Assembly (NCBI RefSeq): GCF_009914755.1
Contig: NC_060937.1
Direction: 5' to 3' (one strand)
Length of the DNA stretch: 64,000 nt
Origin: the human T2T-CHM13v2.0 reference genome, Homo sapiens
Shown here: positions 42,139-60,545 of the stretch, piece after piece
Layout of the letters: every line of letters begins with the position of its first letter
How positions within the stretch are numbered: the first letter of the stretch is position 1
Program-made: the position numbers and the translations under genes
The notes under the pieces: generated by a model
Database searches by the model: none
What the model was told of the DNA's origin: nothing
Seen by the model: only the letters and a program-made list of their open reading frames with translations

Positions 42139-42963
42139 TAAGATAAAATAACCTATTACTAAATATAAGCCATAACCCAGAAATGAGTAACCAAGATAAA
42201 AAAGTAAAACACATACATTTGAAAAAGACAAAAAATTACATTTTAATACCCATTCACAGTCTATAAGAAGAAAAAAAAGTACACACAAAAAGCATCAAGG
42301 ACATTATTCAATGTAGAAAAAGAGAAGACCAAGAAAGGGGCAGAGAGATGTGTGACGATTTAAAGACTTTGAAGAAGAGATCTAGAGATCTTTGCTGACA
42401 TAATGTCAACAAAATGAAAGAGATACAAAACAATGTAGAGAAAGGCAATGACAGAAAAATGTAGATTAGAATCAGAAAACCAACTTAAGTGCTCAGTAAA
42501 TAAATAGAAAAGTAGCTGTGTTCAGGGCTTCAAAGACACATTCCATTTTAAAAAAAAATCTGTGATCAAAACATGAATGCTCATTTTAAGTTATACATAT
42601 ATTTTTATATATATGAAATTTATTTCTATAAAACAGAAGTTTAATAACATGTATACTTCGTGTATACAATGGAGGTATCTGTGTAAAATGAGTACATTTC
42701 CATATGTTTTATGTCTAAAAGAAAAAGAAGCAGAAACAAAATAGAAGCTATATATCAAGATAAATTTTGATGTTAAAGAATGACACAATAGGTCTTCTTT
42801 AAAGAATTTGAATGCAGCAGAGGATACTACAAAAGGAAGAAAAGATGACCACAGACAGCAAAAATAACTTCAGAAATAAAAATTCAAACTAGGTAATGAA
42901 GAGTGGACTTGACATTATATGCCCAAGGCTTTGTCATTGTTTTCAAAATCATTAAAGAATAAG

Positions 42964-43266
42964 CGTCCGGGCACGGTGGCTCGTGCCACTTTGGGAAGCT
43001 GAGTCGGGCAGATCACGGGGTCAGGAGTTTGAGACCAGCCTGACCAACTTTGCAAAACCTCCTCTCTACTAAAAAATACAAAAATTAGCCGGGTGTGGTT
43101 GCACATGCCTGTAATCCCAGCTACTCAGGAGGCTGAGGCAGGAGAATTGCTTGGAGGCATAGGTTGCAGTGAGCCAAGATGGCGCCATTGCAATCCAGCC
43201 TGGGAGACAGAGGCACTGTCTCAAAAAAAAAATAATAAATAAAAGTAAAAATAAATAAATAAATAA
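42964..43266 (+). mobile_element. Alu with small internal deletions and a (TAAA)n tail
   Basis: Alu consensus motifs. Confidence 0.92.
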
Positions 43267-43483
43267 TATTTTGGCATTCAAAAAATTTTCAGATGTTTCT
43301 CTTTTATACATATTTTAATACAAATTTTTTCATCCCAACCTCACCCCAGCAGCTCAGCTGACTCCCAACCCCATGATGCACATGCCCATAAAGTTGTGTT
43401 GTGAGTTTCTGAAATACATTTTAAAATAGAATTCATTTAATTATGAAAATGGAGACATAAAATGAATTTGTATCTCAGTTTTA

Positions 43484-43678
<195 letters not shown>

Positions 43679-44390
43679 TTAAAATTATTTTTGTAAAATC
43701 TAGAGACCCTCTTTTATCTTAAAAATATTATTTCTCATAAGTTGATAAGTAATATGTATTTAGGCAGGGGTATAAAGTGCATTTTATAAACCTGATGCCA
43801 ATAAGTGCAGATTTCAAAAACAGTCACTTTTCTTAAAACTGCTAAAAATGATACATACTTTCATTATATTTTCTGAAATTTAAACTGCCAAAAATGTTCG
43901 TTACAAACAAGGGTTTTTACACATAAAATACTAAAGGTTAGTAAAAAATGTGTAGTTATATTTACATTTTACTTTTTAAAGATGCTCTAGAAACATTGTC
44001 ATTAATAGTTTAAGATATTCCAAGTTTTCTTAAATTACATCTTACTAAGACGATTTTTAGAAAACTCTTATCTATTCCCCATTACATTTTTGATCCTCAT
44101 CTGTCTTCAGGTTGAGCTAAATACTGTCATTCTCTGTAAGTATTCACCCACAGGTTTCAGTTTTTCCCTTTCTCTTAACCCTTTCTCTTTAAATAAAGTT
44201 TTTTTCTATAATAAACAAAAACACAACTTTTGTCTACTTTTTGTGGTTTTTCTATTATCCTGTTTCTCCCCTTCCACTGGACTCTGTGACACATGGTCTC
44301 ATCCAGAAATCTATTTTTCATCACTTATTGTGTTTTTAATATGGAAATCTGATTTTTCATAATTCCAATAAAAAAGTCCAAGGGTCATGA

Positions 44391-44802
<412 letters not shown>

Positions 44803-45092
44803 TGCTATTCCACTTTTTAAATTCTCTCAGGACTCCTAAAATCTCAAAACTTTGACCTAGATTCCCTAATCTGCATTTCGAGCTCTGACCTTTTTCTTGA
44901 GGCCTCTTCCTTCTAGTACACATATTATAGACAATATTCTCAACCACACGCTCAAGACATTGCTACTTGGTACAGATTACTTTTGTAGATAGTGAATCTT
45001 GTCTATTTTATGTTGGTTCTTATTGATGTTACTTTGAGTATACCGTTATTTTCTAATCTTAAAGGGGGACAGTCTCACCATTATGATATTGA

Positions 45093-45473
<381 letters not shown>

Positions 45474-45886
45474 TAATGAAAACTTTCCCATGAGAATCAG
45501 ATTATCAATTGTTTGCCTTTGTTTTATTTTAAAGAGTTTCCTTTTCCAGAGATATGGCATGATGAAAGTCTTGTTCTAAAGTTTCTAAAGTTTCTTTTGG
45601 GGGACACTCAAATATATCACTGGGAAGCTCCAGTCAAGTAGACATCTCCCTTCTTCCCATTTGAGATTCTTCATCTCAAAACAGTGTCCACCAAATGTCT
45701 TCATCCAGGTAGTCTCTTGCTTAGAAATTCAGGAGATAAGAACCTTCTTGAGAAGTTAGAGGCTATTGATTGAGATGGTTTAATGCTGTCCCTTATTATA
45801 TGTTTTACTCCCAAGGCAGACATCAAAGTGGCTAACAATACTATGCCTGATGTCTAACTCACTTCTATGGGAATCTATACAAAACG

Positions 45887-46183
45887 TTTTATTTATGAGA
45901 CAGAGTCTCACTCTGTTACCCAGACTGGAGTGTAGTGGCTTAATCAACACGCACTGCAGGCTCAATATTCCAAGCTCAAGCGACCCTCCTACCACAGCCT
46001 CCCAATGTAGCTGGGACTACAGGCATGCATCACCATGCCTCTAAGTATTTATTTATTTATTTTTTAAAGACAGGTTCTCATTATATTGCTCTGGCTAATC
46101 TCAAACTCCTGGGCTCAAGCGATCCTCCTACCTCAGCCTTCCAAAATGCTAGGATTACTTGCATGAGCCACCTCCCCCAACCA
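45887..46183 (-). mobile_element. Old Alu (J-like)
   Basis: J-type 'ctcctgggctcaagcgatcctcc'. Confidence 0.88.
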
Positions 46184-47289
46184 GGTGTTTAACTGGGGAC
46201 TAACATGAAGCACTTACAAGAGTACGTGGAACATAGTGAGCTACATAAAATATTTGCTATTAGCATAATAATTTTATTGTATATCTTAACAAAATTGTGT
46301 ATGTTAGGCAGGTGGCATGCCAATGAAAGTAGTCTCCTATAGCTGCACTGAATCATTCTTCCCACCACTGAGAGTTGCAGCAAATGGGGGGCATATAATT
46401 TATAACTTACTTTTACTTTTCTCTGTGTATGACTCAGTAGGCAATGACTATGTATGTACTACAATGTAAATAGCATCTCCTGGATGGAATAGTACATAAC
46501 TGACATGACCAGTAGAGACAGGCTAAAGACACTGAGCTTAAAACCCTGGACTCTATTGCTAAACCAAGGCTCCTGAATCTGTTCCCTCTGAGCAACTGTT
46601 GCTGTGGTGCTGCCTTCGCAAGCACTCTGCTGAGCACTGAGATTGAGGGGCTGTGCTATCCGTCATCAGACAAGCTGCAGCCAGAACTGTTCAGCTGACA
46701 AACTGGGAGCAGTCCAGAAATACAGTAATGGCTGCATAGTGAAAAAAGGCCAATTTAGATTCTTTTTCTTAGAGAGAAAAACATAAACATGTGATTGAAC
46801 GAGTCTCCTCTATTAGACTAATTGGTTTAGATTTGATATTTAATTGCTAAAAATACATTTAGAATATAAATCTTACTGTGTCAAGGTCTCAAAGAACAAA
46901 TAATTGGTATGGTATAAAGTATTTAATTGTATGCTAAAAATTTCTAAGCTAAAATATTTTCAATTTATGCAAGGATAGGTGCCATACATATTATATATTA
47001 TTCCCCCATTAAGCAAATTTATACTGAGACAAAATTATCTTCCATAAAAAAGAAAAAGCCACATAAAATTAAGGACTAAGTTTTTCTGCACAGACTGGAC
47101 AACAATTCCTAACACATAAGGTCAATGAGAATCAGAACAGTCAGAGAAAGCTTCATAAAAACAAAAAAATTGTCTGCCAGGTCTGAATGAATGAGGCTAG
47201 ATGAACAGAAACTGAGAAGGCAGAAAGGATAGCATGAGCAAGACAAGTGCTGAAATCTGCCCAATTAACTCTGAGGATAAAGTCCAATG

Positions 47290-47790
47290 GCAGGGAAATA
47301 AAAACACATGTCCACATAATAACCCCTAAGTGAATGTTTGCAGCAGCATTTTTCATAATAGCTAGAAGTGGAAACTAACCTAAATGTCCATCAACTGATG
47401 AATGAATGGAAAACCAGTATAGCCATGCAATAGAGTATCATTTAACTATAACAAGAAATAAACTACCAATGTGTGCTAAAACATGCATGAATTCTGAAAA
47501 CATTAAGCTAAGTGAAAAAGCCAGTCACAAAGGACTATGTATTGTCTAACTCTATGTATATGAAATATGCAGAACAGGCAAACCTATGGAGACAAAAGTA
47601 GATGGTGTTTGCCTACAACAGGGGTAGGTGGAGGGACATGGAGGAAGGCTGCAGTCATGCCTAGGAGATGTGGGGTTGCTTTTCAGGGTGATGAAAATGC
47701 TGTGAATATACTAACAGATACTGAGTTGCACATTTTAAATGGTTGACCTGTCAGATACATGAATTATATCTCAGTGAAACTGTTTTTAAA
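47290..47790 (+). mobile_element. Old L1M 3' fragment
   Basis: 'aaatgtccatcaactgatgaatg' and 'gctaagtgaaaaagccagtcacaaagg'. Confidence 0.75.
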
Positions 47791-48389
47791 ATACAATGGC
47801 AGGATCAAGATAATTTTCTCAGCTCTCAATTTTTGATGTACATACTATATCAGATCTAAATATTTCTATACTTTTATAGTATATTTTAAATAAAAGGTAA
47901 ATAAAGAAAATGCCTTACTTTTCAAATAGTTTGTAAATTGACATAAAACATGTACATTTCAAAGAACAGTATAACGGCCTTTCTATACAAGTTAACTTAG
48001 AATCTGTGAAATAGACACAGATTCTGTGTCCTTTCACAAAAGTGAAGAAATAAGACAATTTTCTGGAACATTCCATTAAACATTGTCCTCTGATTTAATC
48101 TGGCCTGCCTCATCATAGCAATACAAAAATTACTTGAAAATATGTTTAACAGGAAAAAAGTCAATTTTCTCTGAGGAATAATGTATAATTATCAACTTTT
48201 CCAAGGGTACATATTGTAAGAGAAAAGGTATGAAATCCTTTTTCAAAATGGTAGAACAAAAGTCACAATATAAAAAAAAAGTACATTATAAAGATAGTAA
48301 AATGGAAATAATTAATTATAATGAAAGTACAAAATCAAGCTTCTGCCAAAATTAGTATCCTAAAACATGTTATATAATTCAACCAGCTA

Positions 48390-48629
<240 letters not shown>

Positions 48630-49704
48630 TTAATAACATTTAACTCTAACATACCTACTTTGAAAATTATCTCACACACATCAGTTCACCTTCTTTTCAT
48701 CACATGTACACATTTTTATTTATTACTGAATTCAGTGAGGGATGCAGAATGTGTTATCCTCCTGCCAAATTGGTGTTCTCTTAATACAACAGATTCATCC
48801 CACCATTCAATCATCTTAGAAGCTCAACTCAACCTCAAAGTTCCTAACATAATCAACTGTTCAAATCCTTCCAACAGATTCCTGTCTCAGAATAAAAGTA
48901 AAATTCCAATGGCCTCTGAGGCCCTAGGTAAACAGGCCTCTACCTCCCTCTCTGACTTCAAGCTCCTACAACTCCCTCCTATAATTACTCCATTCCCACT
49001 GTACGTGAAGCCTGCCACCCCTCTTTAGTCTGAAAATGGGGATCTAATGCCTAACTCATAAATCACAGGCAGCTACAGTATCTTTGTACTGGACAAAGTT
49101 ATATTCAAATGATAGTCATTGAGCCTTGAAATAAAAATTATGAGCTAATTATTAATAAAAATATTCAAAGTAAATTATGAATACCAGTGGGAAGACTAAA
49201 TCAAATATAGTTTTGCTAAAATTTACATTTACCCTAAATTATAATTTTATAACAAGTAGGTGCCTTTAAAACATTACATGGTCATAAAAATATGTAATTT
49301 GAGACTGACATATTTTCAGATTTAAGTTAAATTAATATGAATAATAATAAAGCTATACCAACTAAAATATATAAAAAACTACTTAAAGCAAGATATTACA
49401 AGACACAGCAATACACTTCATCTGGGAAATCTACAATTAAGTGTTGAAGCAAATCAATTAAATTTTAATTTGAAAACACTCATTTCAGGTGTAAACATTT
49501 CCATTTATACCTTCATCATGGTCTTAACATGTGGCAACATAAAGACATTAAAATTATTATTTCAGCACTACAGGACTATCTACCTTAAAATATGACTCTG
49601 TGCCTAATAAAATGTCATAGGTGACACAATGTCTTCTCTCAAAGTAAATCATCTCTCACCTCTATGGAAACAAGGTATGTTTCTAAGCTGATGTAATAAA
49701 CACA

Positions 49705-49990
49705 TTTTTCTTTTTTTTTTAAATCAAAAAGCTTTGTTAAAATATAATTTACATACTATAGATGTATCTGTTTTAACATAAAGTTAAAGATTTTCAGTAC
49801 ATTTTCTGAGCTGTGCAGCCATCTCTACAATCCAACTTTAGAGCATTTCCATCACTGCAAGATCCCTCACGCCCATTAGCAGTCACTACCACCTTCCAGC
49901 CCCAGCCCTTTGCAAACATTAATCTACTTTTTGTACCTATACATTTCTCTTTTCTGGATGCTTCATGTAAATGGAATTATACAGTATAGT
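49705..49990 (-). mobile_element. Old L1M 3'UTR fragment
   Basis: 'ataatttacatac...cccattagcagtcact...taatctacttt'. Confidence 0.65.
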
Positions 49991-50107
49991 AAACACACTT
50001 TTTATCTACTGATTTTTATATTCAACTAGGTTCAACATGTATCCAGAACCAAATGTTTAAATTTTCTTTCTAGAAGTTTGAAAATATTTATTTTCCTTGA
50101 TACTTAC

Positions 50108-50503
50108 TACTGTTTCTGCTTTCTGTCTCTCATATTGAAAGAGACTTTCTTTTAAATGATCATATTCATTCATTAGCTTCTTATTTTTCTCTTCTAGCAT
50201 GAGGTCTTTCTACTCTCAATAAAGCCTCTTTGGATATTAATTACTATCTCTTTATGATCCTCTTTCTGATGAACATCAACTAGTTGCTGTTCAAGCCATG
50301 GATTTTCACGTTGGAGTTGACATATCCTCTCTTCTACACAGTTCCACTTTCCAGTGGATTTACTGACTTTAGCTTCTGCACTTTGATACATCTCTTTCAT
50401 TTCCTTTATTTGCTGCTGTGTTTGGCTTAGGTCATTTTGTACAGTTTCTAAAGCCAATGACTTTTTTCTGAGAGTATCTCTTGTCTTACAGAACTTATCT
50501 TTT
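50108..50503 (-). pseudogene. ANKRD20A: 3' half of the large coiled-coil exon (...LALETVQNDLSQ...), with inferred 4-bp frameshift near 50205
   Basis: ORF 50194..50457; donor GTA|gtaagta at 50107. Read-through gives VVSIKENKYFQTSRKKI* (stop 50057-50059), matching the recalled ANKRD20A C-terminus. Confidence 0.92.
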
Positions 50504-52991
<2,488 letters not shown>

Positions 52992-53530
52992 CGGAACTTA
53001 TCTTTTAAGGTATTGAATTTAATTTGCATTTTAGAAAGTTGTTCAGTAAGAAACTAATTCTTATCTTCTACTTCGGAAATATCAGAACTCATTTTTACTT
53101 GTTCAGAAACATCTTGTGTTCTCTCTAAAGCAAGTTTCAGGTTTCTTTCTGTTTTCACATTTTCACTGTGTTTACTTATAGCAGCAGCCAGTCTAGACTG
53201 ATAAGATTCAATTTCAGCTTCCAGTTTTTTCTTGCTTTCTTTTTCCTTCAACAGTTCAGAATTGAGCCTTGTATTCTCAGCTTTGAGATCATTAAGCTCT
53301 TGTTGATACCGGAATGCTGTTTTTGTTATCATTTCCTCATTGAGTTTTATACACTTTTCAAGGGCAGCATTTGTTTCTTTAGCAATTTTAATGTCCTTAA
53401 GATATTTATTTTCTTTTTCCAGGTTGTCATTTTTCATTATGCATATTTCCTGTCTGAGTATAGCAATATCTGTCTTCAAAATGCAATTTTCATCCATCAG
53501 ATCTTTCATTTCTTCATGATTATGAAAATC
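52992..53530 (-). pseudogene. ANKRD20A: 5' half of the large coiled-coil exon (DFHNHEEMKDLMDENCILK...), with premature TAG at 53054-53056
   Basis: atttag|GATTTT acceptor; ORF 53054..53509. The frame continues N*FLTEQLSKMQIKFNTLKDKF up to the insertion site. Confidence 0.93.
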
Positions 53531-54705
53531 CTAAATAAAACAACAGAAAGTTTTAGCTAGTACTCAATAAAATAACATATCATGATTACCTCTGAAGTTA
53601 AAGAATAACCTGCACATCCATGCACTAAAAAGGTTACTGTAAGTGGATATCCAACTGGAGAAAAAGTTGAAGCAAAATTTTGAACCTTATAGAGCATAAA
53701 TTCCAAAAAGTTCAGAAATTTATTTAAAGTCAATGAATTTATAAAAGTAAACACACACACACACATGCACACCAGAGAATTTTTAAGAATTTCAGAATTG
53801 GAAAAGCCTTTCCCTGAATTACAACAAACTCAAAAGTATAAATTAAAGCATTAACAAATTTGACTAAATTAAAATATGTCAAAAAATTGCATTTACACTT
53901 TGATATCTAACCTATACACCACCCTATAGTAAGAACCTTAGTTCACACGTATTTGGACAGATGAAATTTCCCAGAGTTATTACAGTTCTGTTTCACTGAT
54001 AACATTCTATTCCAATTTGACTCTTTTAACACTTTTATAGTCAGTTATAAGAATTACATTTACTAACATAAATCTACACATTATACTAGTCACTCCTATA
54101 TACATTCATTGATGAACTCATCTAGTTACCATAATTTTGAGAAAGAAAGGTTAAAAATATAAGCAAGCTACAGGATTTTCCCCAGGACTTCTGACTCTAC
54201 TTCTAGTTCTCCAACAGATCACAGTTACTTCTGTGGTGTAAATATATCCATACGAAAGAAAACTTTTATTTCAAAACACCAGTGGTAAATAAGATAAAAT
54301 TTATAGACCTCTTCTAAGAATATCATGAGATTATTTGTGATTGCAATAATTTCTGTTTCTTCTTTATAATATTAGGTACAGTAATCAATATGAAATAGGG
54401 GAAAGTACAAGAACAATTTTACTGGGAACAAAATCTTTATCAATAAGTTATCACTAAGTATATATTATGGCATATTATTGTTTTCAAAAGCTCTTTGTAA
54501 TAAAATAATATCCTATGTGGATGCCAAGATTTATAATATATATTAATAATTGTACCTGTAAGTGTCATCACTCATTTTTAAAAATGAGATAACATTTCTG
54601 GTTTGTTTTTTACCTAAATAATATATATTAAATCAAGTGGATATTGTAAGTAACACTGATAAAATAAAGTTTAAAATATAGAATTTTTACCAAAGATTGA
54701 TTTAC

Positions 54706-54886
54706 CTGATTTGGAGTATTTCTTGCAGTCTTCGGTTTCATCTCTAGTGATTGAACAGTTGGTTCAAGTTGTTTTGCTTCAACTTCTTTGTTATATTGTT
54801 TCTCTTTCCTTTCTAATTCTTCTCTATTTTTTTTGTACAGCATATTAACATTTGTTTTTTCTTCATTTTCTTGTTGTAAGGTGCAT
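54706..54886 (-). pseudogene. ANKRD20A: ANKRD20A-like exon (181 bp): CTLQQENEEK...ARNTPNQ
   Basis: ctgcag|ATGCAC...AATCAG|gtaaat; lies within ORF 54628..54942. Confidence 0.9.
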
Positions 54887-55933
54887 CTGCAGATAAAGAC
54901 ATTTATCTTGAAATTCATTTTGTTAAAAAATAAAGAGTTCATCCTGTTATCTACCTCTGCAGATGTTGTTTATTATCCTAATAAAATTTCTATGTTCTGG
55001 ATTATTTTTCCTTTGCAGTTCTCAGATATTTAAATTCTCACTTCAACATCTTCAAAAGAATGCATATACTTGAGAAGTAGTAAGGAAAGAATATTCTGCT
55101 AAAGGTTTTATTACTAGTGACTCTAGTATATATTATAAAAAAGGATACTGGAGATAATTCAGTAAAGTTACAAGTTCAAAATTACCTTTTCAAATCACAC
55201 AGTCATAATTACTCCCTAATTAGAAAAGGTCATTTACAATCAACTAAAATTTTAAAGTTACTATTTACTGACAAGTGTATAAGTTCACTAGAAATAAATT
55301 TTCATCTTTACGAAATATTGCGGGTGTCTCTCCAAATGATTTACAGAGTAAGATGTCTCTCACAAAAACTATATCTGCAAATGACTGTCATCCAAAACTA
55401 GGCTAAAGAGTCTAACATCTGTTACCTCACACTTTTTATAATTCTTTCTTAATACTTTCAATTCACCTTCTTATTACATATATTTTATATATTAATTAGC
55501 CTATTGTTCATTATGTGTAATATATAATTAATGCCCTTAATAAGTTTGTGTATGTTTACACAAGTTATGTTTTCCTGGGAAATCTAGTCCCAGAAGTGGA
55601 GTTGTTGAGTTAAAGGGATGTCAGGTTATTTGAAATTTTGATACACAGCACTAAGTTACCCTTCACAAATAATTTACCAATTTCATATACCAACAGTGTA
55701 TGAGAATGCCTTTTTCCTCACATTTGCCAACATGAGTAATTACTTTTTAAATATCAGCATGACTTTACAAAATATATCTTATTTTATGTTAATTTACATT
55801 TTTCTGATTACCAGACAGGGCTAAATATCCCTGGTAAAAATATAAAACTTGTTAATCATAAGGAATATTAGTCCAATTTTGAATTAGTTTATAGCACAAT
55901 GACAATTATCTCCTGTGAAATACTGCTATAGGT

Positions 55934-56258
<325 letters not shown>

Positions 56259-56281
56259 CACACTGCAATAGGCTTACTTAC

Positions 56282-56443
56282 CTATCATGCTCTTCCTTCA
56301 GTTTCTTGGGAAATTGCTGAGGCTGTTTTCCTAATCTTTCTTTGTTGGGTTAATCTGTCAGCAGCAGCAGAAGATGTACTATGACATATATTTTCTGATA
56401 GTTGTATTTTTTCACTTTTGTATGTATTATTTCCTTCTTTGAC
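56282..56443 (-). pseudogene. ANKRD20A: ANKRD20A-like exon VKEGNNTYKSEKIQLSENIC...; inferred 2-bp deletion frameshift
   Basis: ttaaag|GTCAAA...GATAG|gtaagt. The frame shifts between 'RKT' and 'PQQFPKKLKEEHD'. Confidence 0.87.
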
Positions 56444-58194
56444 CTTTAATAAAAGTAATATGAATAATAATTATTATTTTATTCATAAAAAGAACTTTTT
56501 CCCTGATTTTTTCACTTGATTCAGGTTAACTATCACCATTTTAATGATAAAGGTATTTTGTGCTTACTTTAATTTTATCATTATACATAATTATTATAAT
56601 TATAAGGTACTCACCATTTTATCAATGAAATTTTTGTCAAGTCTGCTCATTTCTGTTTGAGTGAATGGAAGAATTTTCCAAAATTTTAAAAAGTCCTCTT
56701 CTCCATTTTGTGCTTTTATTCCCATCCACTCTTTGCTATCTGACATAAATGTTTATGCTATCTGACTGGCAGAAACAGAGAAATAAAAAGACACAGGCAT
56801 AACATATGTCTTCTGTCTTTACCACCTGGATTTTACATGAAATAGCCAGATTTAGAGGATGTGACTTTGTAGGGCTTCAGGAACAGTAAAGAAGATTTCC
56901 CTTTTCTGCACTAAGCTATTCTTTTCCCCAGTGCCTTTTATCTCTCTTTTTTTTTTTTTTTTTTTGAATCCTGGGATATCAAAAAAGTAAAGGTGCTCCC
57001 TGAACTATGGGAACCAAAGTTTGCCACAACACAAGAAGCAGAGTGAAACTGCTGAGTTTCTAGTGCAGAATTCTGGAAAACGACATGCTTCCCAGATTTC
57101 ACATTCTATTACCACAAAAGTTTATAGGTGGAAAACATAGGATACAGTTACCTACTTTAGCCCCATTATCTACTGATAATGGGAGTCAAACCAACCAAGA
57201 CATATTAAATGTTTCATCCAGAGCTCTTGAGGTGGCATTCCCTAGCATTTCATGGCACCATATAACATGATACAATTCCATATTGCTGAATTACATATAT
57301 TACCAGATAAATTTATCAAATTAAATATATTAAAAGTCTAACTTGAGCAAAGCAATTTAATGCCTCAGAGGGTGGAAAAAGGCCTCATCTGCTTTTACTT
57401 TGAAAGAAGAAAATCTCTAGATTTTTGTCTATCTTTAGAACACAATGTACAGAACTCAGCTTTCTACTAAAGAGTCAAAGGCTAAATTTTTGACTAAGAA
57501 ATTATGCTTCTTACATGATAAAAATCATACATGCCAAAACTTACCATACTTTATTAAACAACATAATGTAAGGTCTGATTCAACAGAAATATTGGAGAGT
57601 GGTGATTTTTAAAAATATGTGGAAGTATATATTTGTTTTCAAAATATTGGAAATAACCATGATGGGACTATAAGTTCAAGCAGTTTGAGCTAAGCAGATA
57701 AACTTGCATGCATGAAAACATATTAAACAGACTCATTTGGCTGGGAATATTCGTTGCAACTCTCAAGGCTAGACGTGTTTTTGTGGCTCATCTCAGTCAT
57801 TGCTTCCCTCCCATTGTATTACCATTCTATCATTAAATAAATGTAATTCATCTCTAAATGAATACAGAAAAAAGAATCTAGAATCTAGAGCTTATTTCTT
57901 TAGCAATTTCTTTATGTTGATCTGGTTCATAAAGGTCACATGGTATATGGCTGAATTAGTTTCCCAGCTCATACGCCACTTGGAAGACTGATAGGAAGAC
58001 TTAGGTTGATTAATGAACAAACATTATGAGAACATTCTCCAGAACCATTATTTAGATAGCAAAACTAATCTACTTTGACACACAATTACACATTTAGATA
58101 ACCCCACTGTAACTGTACACATGAGATTTTCTTGAATAGAAAATCTGACTAAATCAAATAATTGACAAAGAGAAAAAAGCAGCAGCAAGTGAAC

Positions 58195-59326
58195 CTCTGT
58201 CTTTTTGAAGTTGGACTTTCTCTTTTTCCAAAGCCAGGAACTCTACTTGTAACATGCTACCTCATTCTTTTTTACTATTTATTATACTTTTAAGTTCTGG
58301 TACATGTGCACAACGTGCAGGTTTGTTACATATGTATACATGTGCCATGTTGGTGACCTTGGAATATCTTGCTGTGTCTTCTAGCTATATTTTTGATGTT
58401 CTCTCACTATGTGGCAAAGAATAAACCCACACTTTATAATTCAAGATTCATGCTTTTGTAGTTATTAGCACTGGGATTGTCATATAGTGGCTTCTGGAGT
58501 AAGCACTGTATTGGTTTTCTGTTTTTATAAGTATCTGTAGCAGCAGAAATACTGTGGCTTTCTATCTGAATCATATGCTTCATTTCTTTGGGGTGGGTAA
58601 ACCACAAATCAAAAAGACTTTCTGGATCTCTAGACTGAGGCCAATGCCTAATGTCTAATTTCCAATTAGTGGTATTTGGGTTTGTATTTTTTGCCATTTG
58701 CATGTGAAACTCTTAATCATCTTTCATTTCAATCATAATTACTGGGTTCCTTAATGTTTCAGTTTCTGTATCATTACAAAAATTTTCATCATCTGTGTTA
58801 GAAACAAGCTATGTGTCTGGTTTGTTATCATTTTCATAGTCTGATTTATTTTCATTTAAATGAAGCTTAGAAGATGACTGGTAAGTGTATTTCAGGGACC
58901 TGGAGTGTGAATGGAATAAAAAGACATTTGACATGGGATTCCTCTATTCAGGTGCTGCTTGGAATGCCACAGAGTTAGACCCTCCAGATGCATTTTTCTC
59001 CTCACAATCAGGGACCTGATTCATCAGATCAGAGGGCACTCCTTTTTCGTTCATCCCTCTTTAGAGTTACTATGTAGAAGCTCTTCCTCAGGGCAAGCAG
59101 TAATTTTGGAGTTTCCAAAACCTTTACCAATATTCAGCTTGAACTTGTTTGTAATGAATTTTAAAGAAAGTCGTGAATATACAGATAGATTCCCTTTATC
59201 ACAATTCTTACCCAGTTCTGGTTCTTGAGGCTTTTTTTTTTTTTTTTTTTTTTTTGGCAGGTGCAAAATGGAAAACAAATTTGCTTGTTTTGTTTCTCAG
59301 ATGTCTTTTCTGTCAGAGTGCATGTT
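58195..59326 (-). pseudogene. Fossil large exon homologous to CCDC144/ANKRD26-family sequence, degenerate
   Basis: tttag|AACATG acceptor. Fragments EKTSEKQNKQ, QEPELGKNCD, ACPEEELL, QMAKNTN, ANNYKSM and LQVEFLALEKEKVQLQKD fall in broken frames, with stops, an expanded A-run (59232-59255) and an L1 fragment inside. Confidence 0.7.
58268..58355 (-). mobile_element. Very short young L1PA 3' end inside the fossil exon
   Basis: 'ttattatactt..taagttct.gtacatgtgcacaacgtgcaggtttgttacatatgtatacatgtgccatgttggtg'. Confidence 0.88.
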
Positions 59327-60474
59327 CTAAAATTAGCTTTAATCAAGTATAAACAAATATTAGAAAATAATTAAAATTTAACTGTGAAACTTAATCTGCG
59401 TGTTGCCACTCTTCAATTATGGGATTGTAACTAAAAAGTGAAAAATAATTTGCCTTGGCTTAACATAGGACAGAAACATAAACCGGCAAGCTGAACTCTC
59501 AGTGTTTGTTTGGACTAAACTTAATGCATTATGTGTAAAGTCTACCAGAAATGAATTCAAAGATGATAGGTAGTATTATAAAAGCTTCCTCTCTTACAAA
59601 GACTTTACCTCAGCATACCAGAAAGAGTGAGCCCCTACAGTGCATGTATATTTCTGAAGATTAACTAGAGACTAGGCAAACACTAAATTATTAAGAGCCA
59701 AACTGAACACCAATAAGAAAGAGAAGCAAAATTTTAAATTCTAATTCAAATGATATACTATGATATCCACTTCTAATATATTTTAAGTTCCAGTAGTGAT
59801 AGTGTTTGGATTTTTTTAATTTTAGTAATATTTACTATGTATTTATGTTGAAATAAAGTTATTGTTTGTACCCTGATACCAAAGGTCCCATTCTGCAAGG
59901 TAGGATTCTCTTAAAAGGCAACTGGGTTGGTTTTTATGACCCCATTCACTCCCTGAACACAGACACAGAAGTCAACTGGTGACCACAAAACAGAATAAAT
60001 CTTTAACCTCGGCACTGATGACCAGCAATATAAAACTGCAACATTTGAACCATTGGCAATGATGACTCTTTTAACACTAGTTTAACTCAGCGGCCATCGT
60101 TATTAAATTGTTCATAATTTCTATTCCTTAGTAATATGACCCAATATTTCATGTTACCTTCTGTATTATGAGTAAGGTTATACAAATAAAAGAGCAAGAT
60201 AATTGTGAAAAATTCTTGCCTCAATTCCAAGGGTAAAGACAGCTATGAGTTACTAGAGATAGTAAGAATTACTAGAATAATGAATAAGTTACTAGAGATA
60301 GTAAGAATATCTTAAGTTTCATAACTGGTTAAAATGTTTTAAAAATTAAATATAAAATTATGATCTATTGGATTCTAAAGGTATAGTCTAAAAGGTCATG
60401 TCATTTGGACTATGCTTTGTTACTAAAGCAAAAAAAAACCTAATATTAAACAAGAAACTTAAATTTTCATATAC

Positions 60475-60545
60475 CTGTGGTTGCTTCTTTTCACTTCTTT
60501 CACGTCTTTGTTGCTCTTCCTCTGAAGCCACTGGTAAGGCTTGTT
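60475..60545 (-). pseudogene. ANKRD20A: ANKRD20A-like exon (71 bp): EQALPVASEEEQQRRERSEKKQPQ
   Basis: caacag|AACAAG...CCACAG|gtat; peptide matches recalled ANKRD20A. Confidence 0.88.
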
